NCBI GenBank assembly: GCA_047601965.1
Contig: JASGIJ010000001.1
Coordinates: 3,064,360-3,128,359 of the forward strand
Reading direction: 5' to 3'
DNA from: Lacibacter sp.
GTDB taxonomy: Bacteria; Bacteroidota; Bacteroidia; Chitinophagales; Chitinophagaceae
Length of the DNA stretch: 64,000 nucleotides
Of this stretch, positions 37,334 through 45,878 are shown one piece after another; the stretch's first letter is position 1; every line of letters begins with the position of its first letter. The position numbers and the translations under genes are program-made. Under the pieces are notes generated by a model that ran no database searches, had not been told where the DNA came from, and worked only from the letters and a program-made list of their open reading frames with translations.

Positions 37334-37888
37334 ATGAGCCGTAAGTATAAATTCAGGGATCAGCAGCAGCTCTATTTTATAACCTATGCAGTTGTGAATT
37401 GGATAGACCTGTTTACACGCAATGAGTATAAAGAAATCCTGTTAAAAAGTTGGCAATATTGCTGTGAAGAAAAAGGATTGGGAGTATATGCCTGGTGTAT
37501 TATGACCAGTCATGTGCATATGATCATTGGCAGTAATAAAAATCCGCTGGAAGACATTGTCCGTGATATGAAACGGCATACATCTGTGGAATTAAAAAAA
37601 GCCATTCAACAGCATCCTGGTGAAAGTAGAAAAGAGTGGATGTTATGGATGATGGAACAGGCAGGTAAGAAAAATAGTAATAATGCATCATTTCAACTAT
37701 GGCAGCAACATAACCAGCCAATTGAGTTAAGCACGATTGAAATGTTACAACAAAAACTTGATTATATCCATAACAATCCTGTAACCGCAGGTATTGTTGA
37801 TAAGGCTGAAGAATATATCTATAGTAGCGCAAGGGATTATTACTATGGAAAAAATTGCGGCTTGTTCTCAGTGATTTTTATTGAATAA
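37334..37888 (+). CDS. IS200-like / REP-associated (RAYT-like) Y1 HUH transposase
   Basis: 184 aa. Has the HUH motif in CIMTSHVHMII and the catalytic-Tyr helix LDYIHNNPVTAGIV followed by YIYSSARDY. It is single-copy here and lacks a tnpB partner. Confidence 0.85.
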   Translation: MSRKYKFRDQQQLYFITYAVVNWIDLFTRNEYKEILLKSWQYCCEEKGLGVYAWCIMTSHVHMIIGSNKNPLEDIVRDMKRHTSVELKKAIQQHPGESRKEWMLWMMEQAGKKNSNNASFQLWQQHNQPIELSTIEMLQQKLDYIHNNPVTAGIVDKAEEYIYSSARDYYYGKNCGLFSVIFIE

Positions 37889-38124
37889 TGTTTTAAATGC
37901 AAAGGTGTTTGCAGTATGTAGCTTCGGCACAGGAAGCCAAGGCACAAAACCCTCGCCTCATTCCTGCGCCAGATTTCCGATTGTTGAAGCTAATATACTT
38001 GGACTAGTTGGGGGAGGAGAGCCGATAGTTAGAAGAAATAAGGAAGGCGGCAGTAGTTGGTTCATGATTCATGGAAAGAGAGAAGAAAGCCGTGAGGCAG
38101 CAGATGTGAGGGAGCTTCGTAGGG

Positions 38125-38465
38125 GAATCTATTACCTGAGAGGATAAGATTTCTCTCCCGCTGATTCGCCGCTGCATGGGTTCGAAACGACGAATAGAGG
38201 CGACAGTAGTAGTCGGCGTTCAGGTATAGTTCAGCAAAGGATGCAATCAGGTTCCGTTGCGTTCCCTTGTACGAAGAGATAAATACCAGATTGCTCCGTA
38301 GCATAAGATTTCTCCTGTACGGTTCCCGGCTGCGCCGCCCATACAGTCGAAATGACAGGGGAGCAGATTGCTTCGCAGGATGAGATTTCTCACTGATGGG
38401 CCCGCTGCTACGCAGCCCCATACAGTCGAAATGACGGGGAGGGGCAGGTTGCTGCGTTGTAACAG
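38125..38465. repeat. tandem array of about 4 diverged ~79-nt REP-like units
   Basis: Units 38287-38363 and 38364-38444 align as cagattgctYcg.ag.atRagatttctc...gctgc..cgc..cccatacagtcgaaatgacRgggag. A partial unit spans 38445-38465 and a diverged unit lies around 38144-38192. The ATTTC/GAAAT and ATTGC elements are inverted. Confidence 0.7.
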
Positions 38466-38488
38466 TTTTTTCAGCCCGGCCTTAAAGG

Positions 38489-38528
38489 GTAAAAAAAGAG
38501 GCTTTTCATTGTTTTGAAAAGCCTCTTT
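38489..38528 (-). terminator. rho-independent terminator at the end of the hexuronate operon
   Basis: aaagaggcttttc / gaaaagcctcttt give a 13-bp stem, followed by a T run on the minus strand. It lies 20 nt after the exuT stop. Confidence 0.7.
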
Positions 38529-38547
38529 GAATAAATATCTACTACAA

Positions 38548-39982
38548 CTAAATATCAGATATCACCTGGTATTTGGGTACCAGTGTTTTCATAATCGTCC
38601 AGCCAATCAGGTAGGCCACTGAACAGATTGCAAAAATGATGAAGTAGCCCGCTTCAATTCCTTCAAACCCTAAAAGTTTCATGTTTGTTTTTTCGGCATG
38701 ATCGAATAACACACCGGAACCTTTGTTGATGAGGAATGAACCGATACCTCCTGCCATTCCGCCAATACCGGTGATTGTTGCAATTGCTGATTTGGGGAAC
38801 ATATCGCCAACGGTTGAAAAAATATTGGCCGACCAGGACTGGTGTGCAGCGCCTGCAATGCCTATGATGATGACAGGAATCCACACAGAAATATGCCCTA
38901 ACGGCTGTGCCAGCAAGGCCAGCAGCGGGAAGAATGCAAAAATGAGCATTGCCTTCATGCGGCCTGCATAGGGATTCATTTTTTTCTTTTCAACAAAGTA
39001 TGTCGGTAACCAGCCCCCTGCAATTGACAAGAGGGTGATGGCATATAAAACAAATATCTGCGAAGCACTTTGTGTGGAATCGAGGTGATAAACAGAACTC
39101 AGGTATGCCGGTGTCCAGAAAAGGAAGAACCACCATACCCCATCGGTCATGAATTTACCTACGGCAAATGCCCAGGTTTGCCTGTAGCTGAATGCTTTGG
39201 CATACGATAATTTGGCAGCAGGCTGTTCATTGGTTGCGGCCTGTTCGGCAGAGTCCTGGTGAATATATTCCAGTTCGGCTGCATTTACTTTGGGATGCTG
39301 ATGTGGTTTTTTATAAATAAACACCCAGAAAAAACATCCATAAAAAGCCCGATGCACCAATGATGATAAAGGCCATTTCCCAGCCAAATGCTTTTGCAAT
39401 AAACGGAATGCTGATTGGCGCAAGCAAGGCACCTACTGTTGCACCGGCATTAAAAATACTCGTTGAGAATGCCCTGTCCTTTTTTGGAAAATATTCAGCG
39501 GTTGATTTGATTGCTGCAGGAAAGTTACCGGCTTCACCTATTGCCAGTACAATACGGGCAAAGATGAACAGATAAACACTGACTGAAACAACTTTTGCAA
39601 TATCATCCACCGTTCCAATGGCTTCTTTTGCTCCTTCAAAACCTACAGCCCATGAGCCTGTTAACATGCCGGAAGTGGCAATACCGCAGAATGCATGCAG
39701 CACTGCACCAACTGACCAGATTCCGATAGACCAGAGAAATCCTTTTTTTGTATCAAGCCAGTCAACAATTTTTCCTGCAAACAACATGGAGATGGCATAT
39801 ACAATAGAAAACCATCCTGTAATGGTTCCGTAATCGCTGTTATTCCAGTGAAACTCCGGAACAATAAAGTCTTTCCAAGTTAATGATAATACCTGCCTGT
39901 CGAGATAATTAATGGTTGTTGCAAAAAACAACATTGCCGTAATTACCCACCTGTAATTGGTCATTTTACCTTTTTGTTCCAT
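38548..39982 (-). pseudogene. exuT: hexuronate-type MFS transporter (ExuT-like) interrupted by a +1 frameshift
   Basis: The N-terminal 223-aa ORF (39311-39982) and the C-terminal 294-aa ORF (38548-39432) overlap in different frames. Removing one base from the A6 run at 39329-39334 (T6 on the coding strand) gives ...GASGFLWMFFWVFIYKKPHQHPKV... Confidence 0.85.
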
Positions 39983-39991
39983 TGTGTTTGT

Positions 39992-40654
39992 TTATTTTTT
40001 TACTGATGCAATCACTTCCAGTACTTTCTTTGTTTCTGTTTCTATCGTTGCATAATCTTTTGCTTCCATCAATGCCTTGCTGATGAGTTTGCTTCCCATA
40101 CCTACTGCACAAACACCTGCTTTGTACCAGCTTTCCACACTTTCTTTTGTTGTATCAACGCCACCTGTTGGCATAAAGAGCAATTTAGGGAAGATATCCT
40201 TAATAGTTGAAAGGAATTTGGGCCCTAACATATCGCCGGGGAACAGCTTGATGAATTTTACTCCTGCATTTTCTGCAGCAATGATTTCAGTGGGCGTCAT
40301 ACAACCGGGTGCATAAAAGATATCGTTTGCCACGCAATGTGCTGCCACATCGGGAACAAAACCGGGGCTTACTAAAAAGTCGGCACCGGCTGCTAAGTAA
40401 TCAGTGGCATGCTGCATGTTTTTAATGGTACCAACACCGAGTAATAAACCGGGCATGGATGCATTACGCAGTTCCACCATTTTTTTAAAGTTGCTTAAAG
40501 CAGCATCGCCACGGTTGGTGTATTCAACTGCTTTAATCCCTGCATTGTAAATTGCTTTTAATACATCAAGACTTATCTCTTCGCTTGGATTAAAATACAG
40601 CGGAAGAATTCCCTGTTGTACAATTGCATCGGTTATTTGTTGTGTCTTGCTCAT
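39992..40654 (-). CDS. eda: KDPG / 4-hydroxy-2-oxoglutarate aldolase
   Basis: 220 aa. Contains a class I aldolase TIM barrel with FIKLFPG (Schiff-base Lys region) and MPTGGV. Confidence 0.9.
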   Translation of the reverse strand: MSKTQQITDAIVQQGILPLYFNPSEEISLDVLKAIYNAGIKAVEYTNRGDAALSNFKKMVELRNASMPGLLLGVGTIKNMQHATDYLAAGADFLVSPGFVPDVAAHCVANDIFYAPGCMTPTEIIAAENAGVKFIKLFPGDMLGPKFLSTIKDIFPKLLFMPTGGVDTTKESVESWYKAGVCAVGMGSKLISKALMEAKDYATIETETKKVLEVIASVKK

Positions 40655-40728
40655 TTTAGAAGTTTTAAGTTGTAAGTCGTAAGTTATAAGTTGTAAGCAG
40701 GAAGCGACTTCTCACTTATTACTGACTT

Positions 40729-41178
40729 TTAGATTTTCACTTTAATCACCAGTTTCTTAATTTCTGCATCACCAATCATTGGAGAGTGTACATCTTCAGG
40801 GAAGAAGATGGCGAACTGTCCGTTGGTGAGTTGAAAATAAGTATCGGGTGTATCGTTAAAGAACAATACGTCTTTTTCATCGCTGTATTCACCTTTTGGT
40901 GAAGTACATTTCTGACGTGGTTTCCAGCCAATAGTTTCCAGTCCGTTAATGCAAAACTGGATGTCGATATTTTTATTATGACATTCAAATTTCTCCAGGC
41001 TGGTTTCTTTTGTTTTGCCGGGAGCATTGCTGATGATGGCTTTTAAACCTTCAGCAATATCACTCTTGCCGTCTGCAGCATTTGCCAGGTCAGTCTGCTG
41101 AATGTATCCGAATGCTTTCGCAAACAACGGATGAACGCTGAAATATTTCGCTGCGTTTTCTAAAGAATCTATAATCAT
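40729..41178 (-). CDS. YhcH/YjgK/YiaL family (DUF386) cupin-like protein
   Basis: From the ATG at 41178: MIIDSLENAAKYFSVHPLF... and C-terminal FAIFFPEDVHSP. The tracked 5' extension (to 41229) overlaps an intergenic hairpin. Confidence 0.8.
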   Translation of the reverse strand: MIIDSLENAAKYFSVHPLFAKAFGYIQQTDLANAADGKSDIAEGLKAIISNAPGKTKETSLEKFECHNKNIDIQFCINGLETIGWKPRQKCTSPKGEYSDEKDVLFFNDTPDTYFQLTNGQFAIFFPEDVHSPMIGDAEIKKLVIKVKI

Positions 41179-41197
41179 TTTGAGTAGTTTAATGTTA

Positions 41198-41247
41198 AAG
41201 GTTGAAAGTTTAAGGTTCAGAACAATCAACCTTAAACTTTCAACTTG
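41198..41247. repeat. low-complexity 18-19 bp hairpin in the kdgK / yhcH-like spacer
   Basis: aaggttgaaagtttaaggtt (41198-41217) and aaccttaaactttcaacttg (41228-41247) pair at 18 of 20 positions. A related gtaagt-type low-complexity repeat occupies the next spacer at 40661-40700. Confidence 0.5.
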
Positions 41248-41259
41248 AAACCTCTGTGG

Positions 41260-42285
41260 TTAACGTTGTACACGACCACTGCCGTCGCCTTTCATTAAAT
41301 CTTTCACTTCGCCTAATGTTGCGTGGTTGAGATCGCCGGGGATGGTGTGTTTCAATGCACTTGCAGCAACACCAAACTCAGCTGAGTCGGCCATGCTCAT
41401 GCCTGTAACCAATCCGTAGATCAAACCACTTGCAAATGAATCGCCACTGCCCACACGGTCAACAATACGCACATTGTATTTCTTTGTGTGATAGAATTCC
41501 TGTCCGTTATATACCAATGCACTCCAGCCATTATCACTTGCACTGTAGCTTTCCCTCAACGATGAAGCAACATATTTAAATCCAAACTTCGCCACCATCT
41601 GTTTCATGATATCCTGGAAACCATCGAGGTGAAGCTCGCCTTTTGTTACATCTGTTTCGCCGGGTTTAAAACCAAGCGTTGTTTCAGCATCTTCTTCGTT
41701 ACCGATACATACATCCACCCACTGGCAGAGATGTGTCATTACTTTTTGTGCTTTTTCTTTACTCCACAATTTTTTGCGGTAGTTCAAATCGATACTTGTT
41801 GTAATGCCTTTTGCTTTTGCCGCTTTTAAAGCAGCTTCTGTTAATGCAGCAGCTTTATCGCTCAATGCTGGAGTGATACCTGTTGTATGAAACCAATCAG
41901 CACCTTCAAAAATTTTATCCCAGTCAAATTCGCTTGCATCCACATCAGCAATAGAAGCACCAGCACGATCGTACACCACCTGTGATGCACGCATGGAAGC
42001 ACCTGTTTCGAGGAAGTAAATACCTAAACGTTCGCCACCACGTGCAACAAACTGTGTATCCACACCATAACGACGTAAATGATTAATTGCAGACTGACCA
42101 ATAGGATTATTAGGAACTTTTGTTACGAATGTTCCGTTTAAACCATAGTTGCATAATGCAGCTGAAACGTTTGCTTCACCACCGCCGTACGTCACATCAA
42201 ATGTATCGGCCTGTACAAAACGTTTGAAATCGGGAGTTGACAAACGCAGCATAATCTCTCCCAGTGTTACTACTTTCTTAGACAT
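41260..42285 (-). CDS. kdgK: 2-dehydro-3-deoxygluconokinase (PfkB family)
   Basis: 341 aa. Has the N-terminal GEIMLRL..P motif and the C-terminal PfkB signature VDRVGSGDSFASGLIYG. Confidence 0.9.
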   Translation of the reverse strand: MSKKVVTLGEIMLRLSTPDFKRFVQADTFDVTYGGGEANVSAALCNYGLNGTFVTKVPNNPIGQSAINHLRRYGVDTQFVARGGERLGIYFLETGASMRASQVVYDRAGASIADVDASEFDWDKIFEGADWFHTTGITPALSDKAAALTEAALKAAKAKGITTSIDLNYRKKLWSKEKAQKVMTHLCQWVDVCIGNEEDAETTLGFKPGETDVTKGELHLDGFQDIMKQMVAKFGFKYVASSLRESYSASDNGWSALVYNGQEFYHTKKYNVRIVDRVGSGDSFASGLIYGLVTGMSMADSAEFGVAASALKHTIPGDLNHATLGEVKDLMKGDGSGRVQR

Positions 42286-42315
42286 ATAGTTGGTTTAATT
42301 TTAAATGTTTGAATT

Positions 42316-43221
42316 TTATTTTAATGTTGGAACCGGAGCAGGATCCATATCAGAATACACTAAGTTTTCACCTGCCATTCCCCAAATGAAACCATAGTTG
42401 GTTGTACCGCAACCGTAGTGTGTGCTCCAGGGTGGAGAAATCACTGCTTCGTTGTTGGCCATTACCAGGTGGCGTGTTTCAAGCGGGTTGCCCATGAAAT
42501 GGAACATGCGTTGCTCTGCAGGTAAATCAAAATAGAAATAAGCTTCCATGCGGCGTGTATGTGTGTGCGGAGGAATTGAATTCCACACACTGCCGGGAGC
42601 AAGTGTTGTTAAGCCCATCACCAGCTGGCAGCTTTTGATACCATCGAGGTGAATGTATTTGTACACTGTTCTTTGGTTTGCTGTTTCAGGTGCACCAAGC
42701 TCAACAGGTGATGCCTGTTCTTTGGTGAACACTGTTGCAGGATACACTGCATGTGCAGGAGAAGAAAGAATGTAAAAAATTGCAGGTGATTTTTTTGATG
42801 CAGATGCAAAGGTTACTTTCTTTGTTCCCTTACCGAGATAGAGACAGGATAATTTTTCGAGATCAAATTTCTTTCCATCAGCAGTAACAGTTCCTTTACC
42901 GCCTACGTTGATGATGCCCATTTCTCTTCTTTCCAAAAAATAATCAGCTCTTAATTCGGGATGATTGGGTAAAGTGAATGTTTTGTTTACAGGAACTGCA
43001 CCACCAATAATTACACGGTCATAATGCGTGTACACCAGCTTGAGCTGATCGTTCACCATCAGGTTCTTCACCAAAAAATTATCAATGAGCTTTTGTGTAT
43101 CGAATTGTTTTGTTTCTTCCGGACCAACTGCAAAACGGATTTCCATATCAGCATCCATGAAGGTGTTGGTTTTGTAATCCTTTAATTGCAAAGCCGGAGC
43201 TTTTGCTTTTTTCGTTGCCAT
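42316..43221 (-). CDS. kduI: 5-dehydro-4-deoxy-D-glucuronate isomerase
   Basis: Cupin with the metal site PPHTHTRRMEAYFYF and the end ...YSDMD. The true start is possibly the ATG at 43146 (MEIRFAVGPEE). Confidence 0.92.
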   Translation of the reverse strand: MATKKAKAPALQLKDYKTNTFMDADMEIRFAVGPEETKQFDTQKLIDNFLVKNLMVNDQLKLVYTHYDRVIIGGAVPVNKTFTLPNHPELRADYFLERREMGIINVGGKGTVTADGKKFDLEKLSCLYLGKGTKKVTFASASKKSPAIFYILSSPAHAVYPATVFTKEQASPVELGAPETANQRTVYKYIHLDGIKSCQLVMGLTTLAPGSVWNSIPPHTHTRRMEAYFYFDLPAEQRMFHFMGNPLETRHLVMANNEAVISPPWSTHYGCGTTNYGFIWGMAGENLVYSDMDPAPVPTLK

Positions 43222-43277
43222 AATAACTATTATTTAACCGCCGTCAGGGTTTGTAACCGCTGACGGGGTAATGAAAA

Positions 43278-44042
43278 TTAACGTGCCATCCAGCCACCAT
43301 CAACAAACAGTACGGTACCGTTTACATAATCAGATGCTGCTGATGCAAGGAATACAACCGGCCCTTTAAAGTCGGCAGGTACACCCCAGCGACCAGCAGG
43401 AATACGGTCTAAAATGGATTTGCTTCTTTCAGGATCTTCACGCAACGCCTGTGTGTTGTTGGTTGCAATGTAACCGGGAGCAATACCATTTACACAAACA
43501 CCTTTGCTTCCCCACTCGTTACCAAATGCACGTACCAACCCTGCAACAGCCGATTTACTTGCTGTGTAACCGGGAACATTGATACCACCCTGGAAGCTGA
43601 GCAATGAACAGGTGAAGATGATTTTACCACCGCCCTGTTCAATCATTGTTTTTCCAAACTCACGACCAAGAATAAACTGTGCATCGAGGTTGATGGAAAT
43701 CACTTTATCCCAGTATTCATCAGGATGTTCTGCAGCCGGTTTACGCATGATGATACCTGCGTTGTTTACAAGGATATCAATCCTGCTGTTTTCAGCCTTT
43801 ACTTTATTGATGAATGCATACAATGCATCACGATCTGAAATATCAACTTTGTGATAAGTAAATTTTCTGCCGGTTGCTTCCACTGCTTCTTTTGTTGCAG
43901 AATAATCGTCAACAATTGATGCGCCAACGATGTCGGCACCTGCTTCGGCCAGTGCCAGTGCCATACCTTGTCCAAGACCGGTATCGCATCCTGTTACAAC
44001 TGCAGTTTTACCTGCAAGGCTAAATGATTCTAATGTTTGCAT
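43278..44042 (-). CDS. kduD: 2-dehydro-3-deoxy-D-gluconate 5-dehydrogenase (SDR)
   Basis: 254 aa with TGCDTGLGQG, NNAG and YTASKSAVAGL, and C-terminal GGWMAR. It sits next to kduI. Confidence 0.9.
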   Translation of the reverse strand: MQTLESFSLAGKTAVVTGCDTGLGQGMALALAEAGADIVGASIVDDYSATKEAVEATGRKFTYHKVDISDRDALYAFINKVKAENSRIDILVNNAGIIMRKPAAEHPDEYWDKVISINLDAQFILGREFGKTMIEQGGGKIIFTCSLLSFQGGINVPGYTASKSAVAGLVRAFGNEWGSKGVCVNGIAPGYIATNNTQALREDPERSKSILDRIPAGRWGVPADFKGPVVFLASAASDYVNGTVLFVDGGWMAR

Positions 44043-44051
44043 AATGAATGT

Positions 44052-45494
44052 TTATAAAGTTGATGTTGTTATTGTTTGCTGCTGATCGAGATGCTGAAGG
44101 TTGAAATAGTTCTTCGCATTGTTGTAGCAGATGTCTTGTATTACTTTTCCTGTCCATGCAATATCGTTTGGCAATTCACCATTTTCAATTTCTTCACCAA
44201 ACAGGTCGCAGAGAATACGACGGAAATATTCATGGCGTGGGAATGACAGGAAGCTGCGGCTATCGGTAAGCATCCCTACAAACTTACTAAGTAATCCCAG
44301 GTTGCCGAGTGCATTCAGCTGTTTGGTCATTCCATCTTTCTGATCGAGGAACCACCAGCCGCTTCCCCATTGTACTTTACCTTCAACAGAACCATCGTTG
44401 AAGTTACCGATCATGGTTGCGAACAATTCATTATCGGCAGGGTTGAGGTTGTAGATAATTGTTTTTGCCAGTTTGTTTTCGGTATCTAACCTGTTGAGGA
44501 ACTTCGCCAATGCCCGTGCCTGTGAAAAATCACCGATACTGTCCCAACCGGTATCAGGTCCCAGTTGTTTCATCATCCTTGAATTGTTATTGCGGATTGC
44601 ACCCAGGTGATATTGCTGCACCCAGCCTTTTTCCCAATCCCATTCTGCAAATGTTACCAGCATAGCACTCTTGAATTTTTTATTTTCTTCAAGCGTTAAT
44701 GTGCCACCAGAACGGATCTTGGCAAAGATGCCGGCAATTTCAGTTTGTGTATAATCTTCTGCATAGATTTCTTCGAGACCATGATCAGAAACGCCGCAGT
44801 TGTTTTCAGCAAAGAAATCATGACGCTTCTTCAATGCTGCGAGATAATCGTTGTAGGTACTGATGGATACATCGGCTGCTTTTTCCAAAGCAGTTAAATA
44901 GTTATTGAATGATACTGCATCGTCCACATTCATTGCTTTATCCGGACGGAAAGCAGGATTCATTTTAGTGAATGTTTCTTCGCCACGCAACTGCTGATGG
45001 AAGTTGAGCGGATCAACCGGATCGTCTGTTGTGCAGATGAGTTTTACATTCATCTTTTTCAGCAAACCACGTACAGAAAAATCTTTTGTCTGCAGTTTGG
45101 CTGATGCATCATCATAAATACGTTTTGCACTATCAGCATTCAGCACTTCATGAATATCAAAATAACGCTGCAGTTCCAGGTGAGTCCAGTGATACAGCGG
45201 GTTTCTTAAAGTATAAGGAACAGTTGCAGCCCATTTTTCAAATTTTTCATAATCGCTGGTATTGCCGGTAATGAATTTTTCGTTCACACCGTTGGTACGC
45301 ATGGCCCTCCATTTGTAGTGATCGCCGTACAACCATACCTGTGTTAAGTTTTCGAAATTCATATCACTGGCTACCTGTTCGGGAATGAGATGGTTGTGGT
45401 AATCAATGATGGGCATTTGCTTTGCATACTCATGATAGAGCTGCTGCGCTGTTTTGCTCCGGAGCAAAAAGTTTTCGTCTAAGAACTGTTTCAT
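44052..45494 (-). CDS. uxaC: glucuronate isomerase
   Basis: 480 aa. FLDENFLL.S..A..LYH.YA...PIIDYHNHL is the canonical UxaC N-terminus. Confidence 0.95.
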   Translation of the reverse strand: MKQFLDENFLLRSKTAQQLYHEYAKQMPIIDYHNHLIPEQVASDMNFENLTQVWLYGDHYKWRAMRTNGVNEKFITGNTSDYEKFEKWAATVPYTLRNPLYHWTHLELQRYFDIHEVLNADSAKRIYDDASAKLQTKDFSVRGLLKKMNVKLICTTDDPVDPLNFHQQLRGEETFTKMNPAFRPDKAMNVDDAVSFNNYLTALEKAADVSISTYNDYLAALKKRHDFFAENNCGVSDHGLEEIYAEDYTQTEIAGIFAKIRSGGTLTLEENKKFKSAMLVTFAEWDWEKGWVQQYHLGAIRNNNSRMMKQLGPDTGWDSIGDFSQARALAKFLNRLDTENKLAKTIIYNLNPADNELFATMIGNFNDGSVEGKVQWGSGWWFLDQKDGMTKQLNALGNLGLLSKFVGMLTDSRSFLSFPRHEYFRRILCDLFGEEIENGELPNDIAWTGKVIQDICYNNAKNYFNLQHLDQQQTITTSTL

Positions 45495-45724
45495 GTGTCT
45501 ATTCTTTTATGGTCTATGGCCACACGTATTTGCTATAAAAAAATATAGCCACTTCATGGTCGTTTTTATAGAATTATTATTCTTTGCATTAAGAACTTCT
45601 GAGATATATCAAATACTGCAATCGTTGATGCAGAATGTATGATTGTTTCCTTTTTACAGAAGAAATCCCTGGTCTGAAACGGCTGTTAAAAGTATGAAAT
45701 AAGCCCCTTGAGGTACTCAAAATC

Positions 45725-45742
45725 TATGCAAACGTTGTCATA
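45725..45742. promoter_or_regulatory. candidate LacI-type operator palindrome upstream of uxaC
   Basis: tatgcaaacgttgtcata has 14 of 18 positions palindromic around an AACGTT core. A second weaker site ctgcaatcgttgatgcag lies at 45616-45633. Confidence 0.3.
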
Positions 45743-45878
45743 GTCAGGCGGAAACACTGCTCGTGCAGATGAGACAGATTTCCGCTGATCTTTTATGCGA
45801 AAATCTGCTCTAAAAACGGATGAATACCGGGCTTTCTGCCGGCAACTATCCGTTCAGTCTTCTTTTCAACCAATGTTT

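Noticed and set aside
38170-38192. Possible attR-type direct repeat of the tRNA-Phe 3' end (gggttcgaaacg vs cggttcgatccc)
   Set aside because: Only about 7 contiguous matching bases. It lies inside a REP-like unit whose other copies read gtcgaaatgac, so the resemblance is coincidental.
37881-38421. ORFs 37881-38147 (plus strand, 88 aa) and 38062-38421 (minus strand, 119 aa)
   Set aside because: Both run through the degenerate ~79-nt repeat array and overlap each other on opposite strands. Their composition is Arg/Ser/Gly-biased and repeat-driven, with no motifs.
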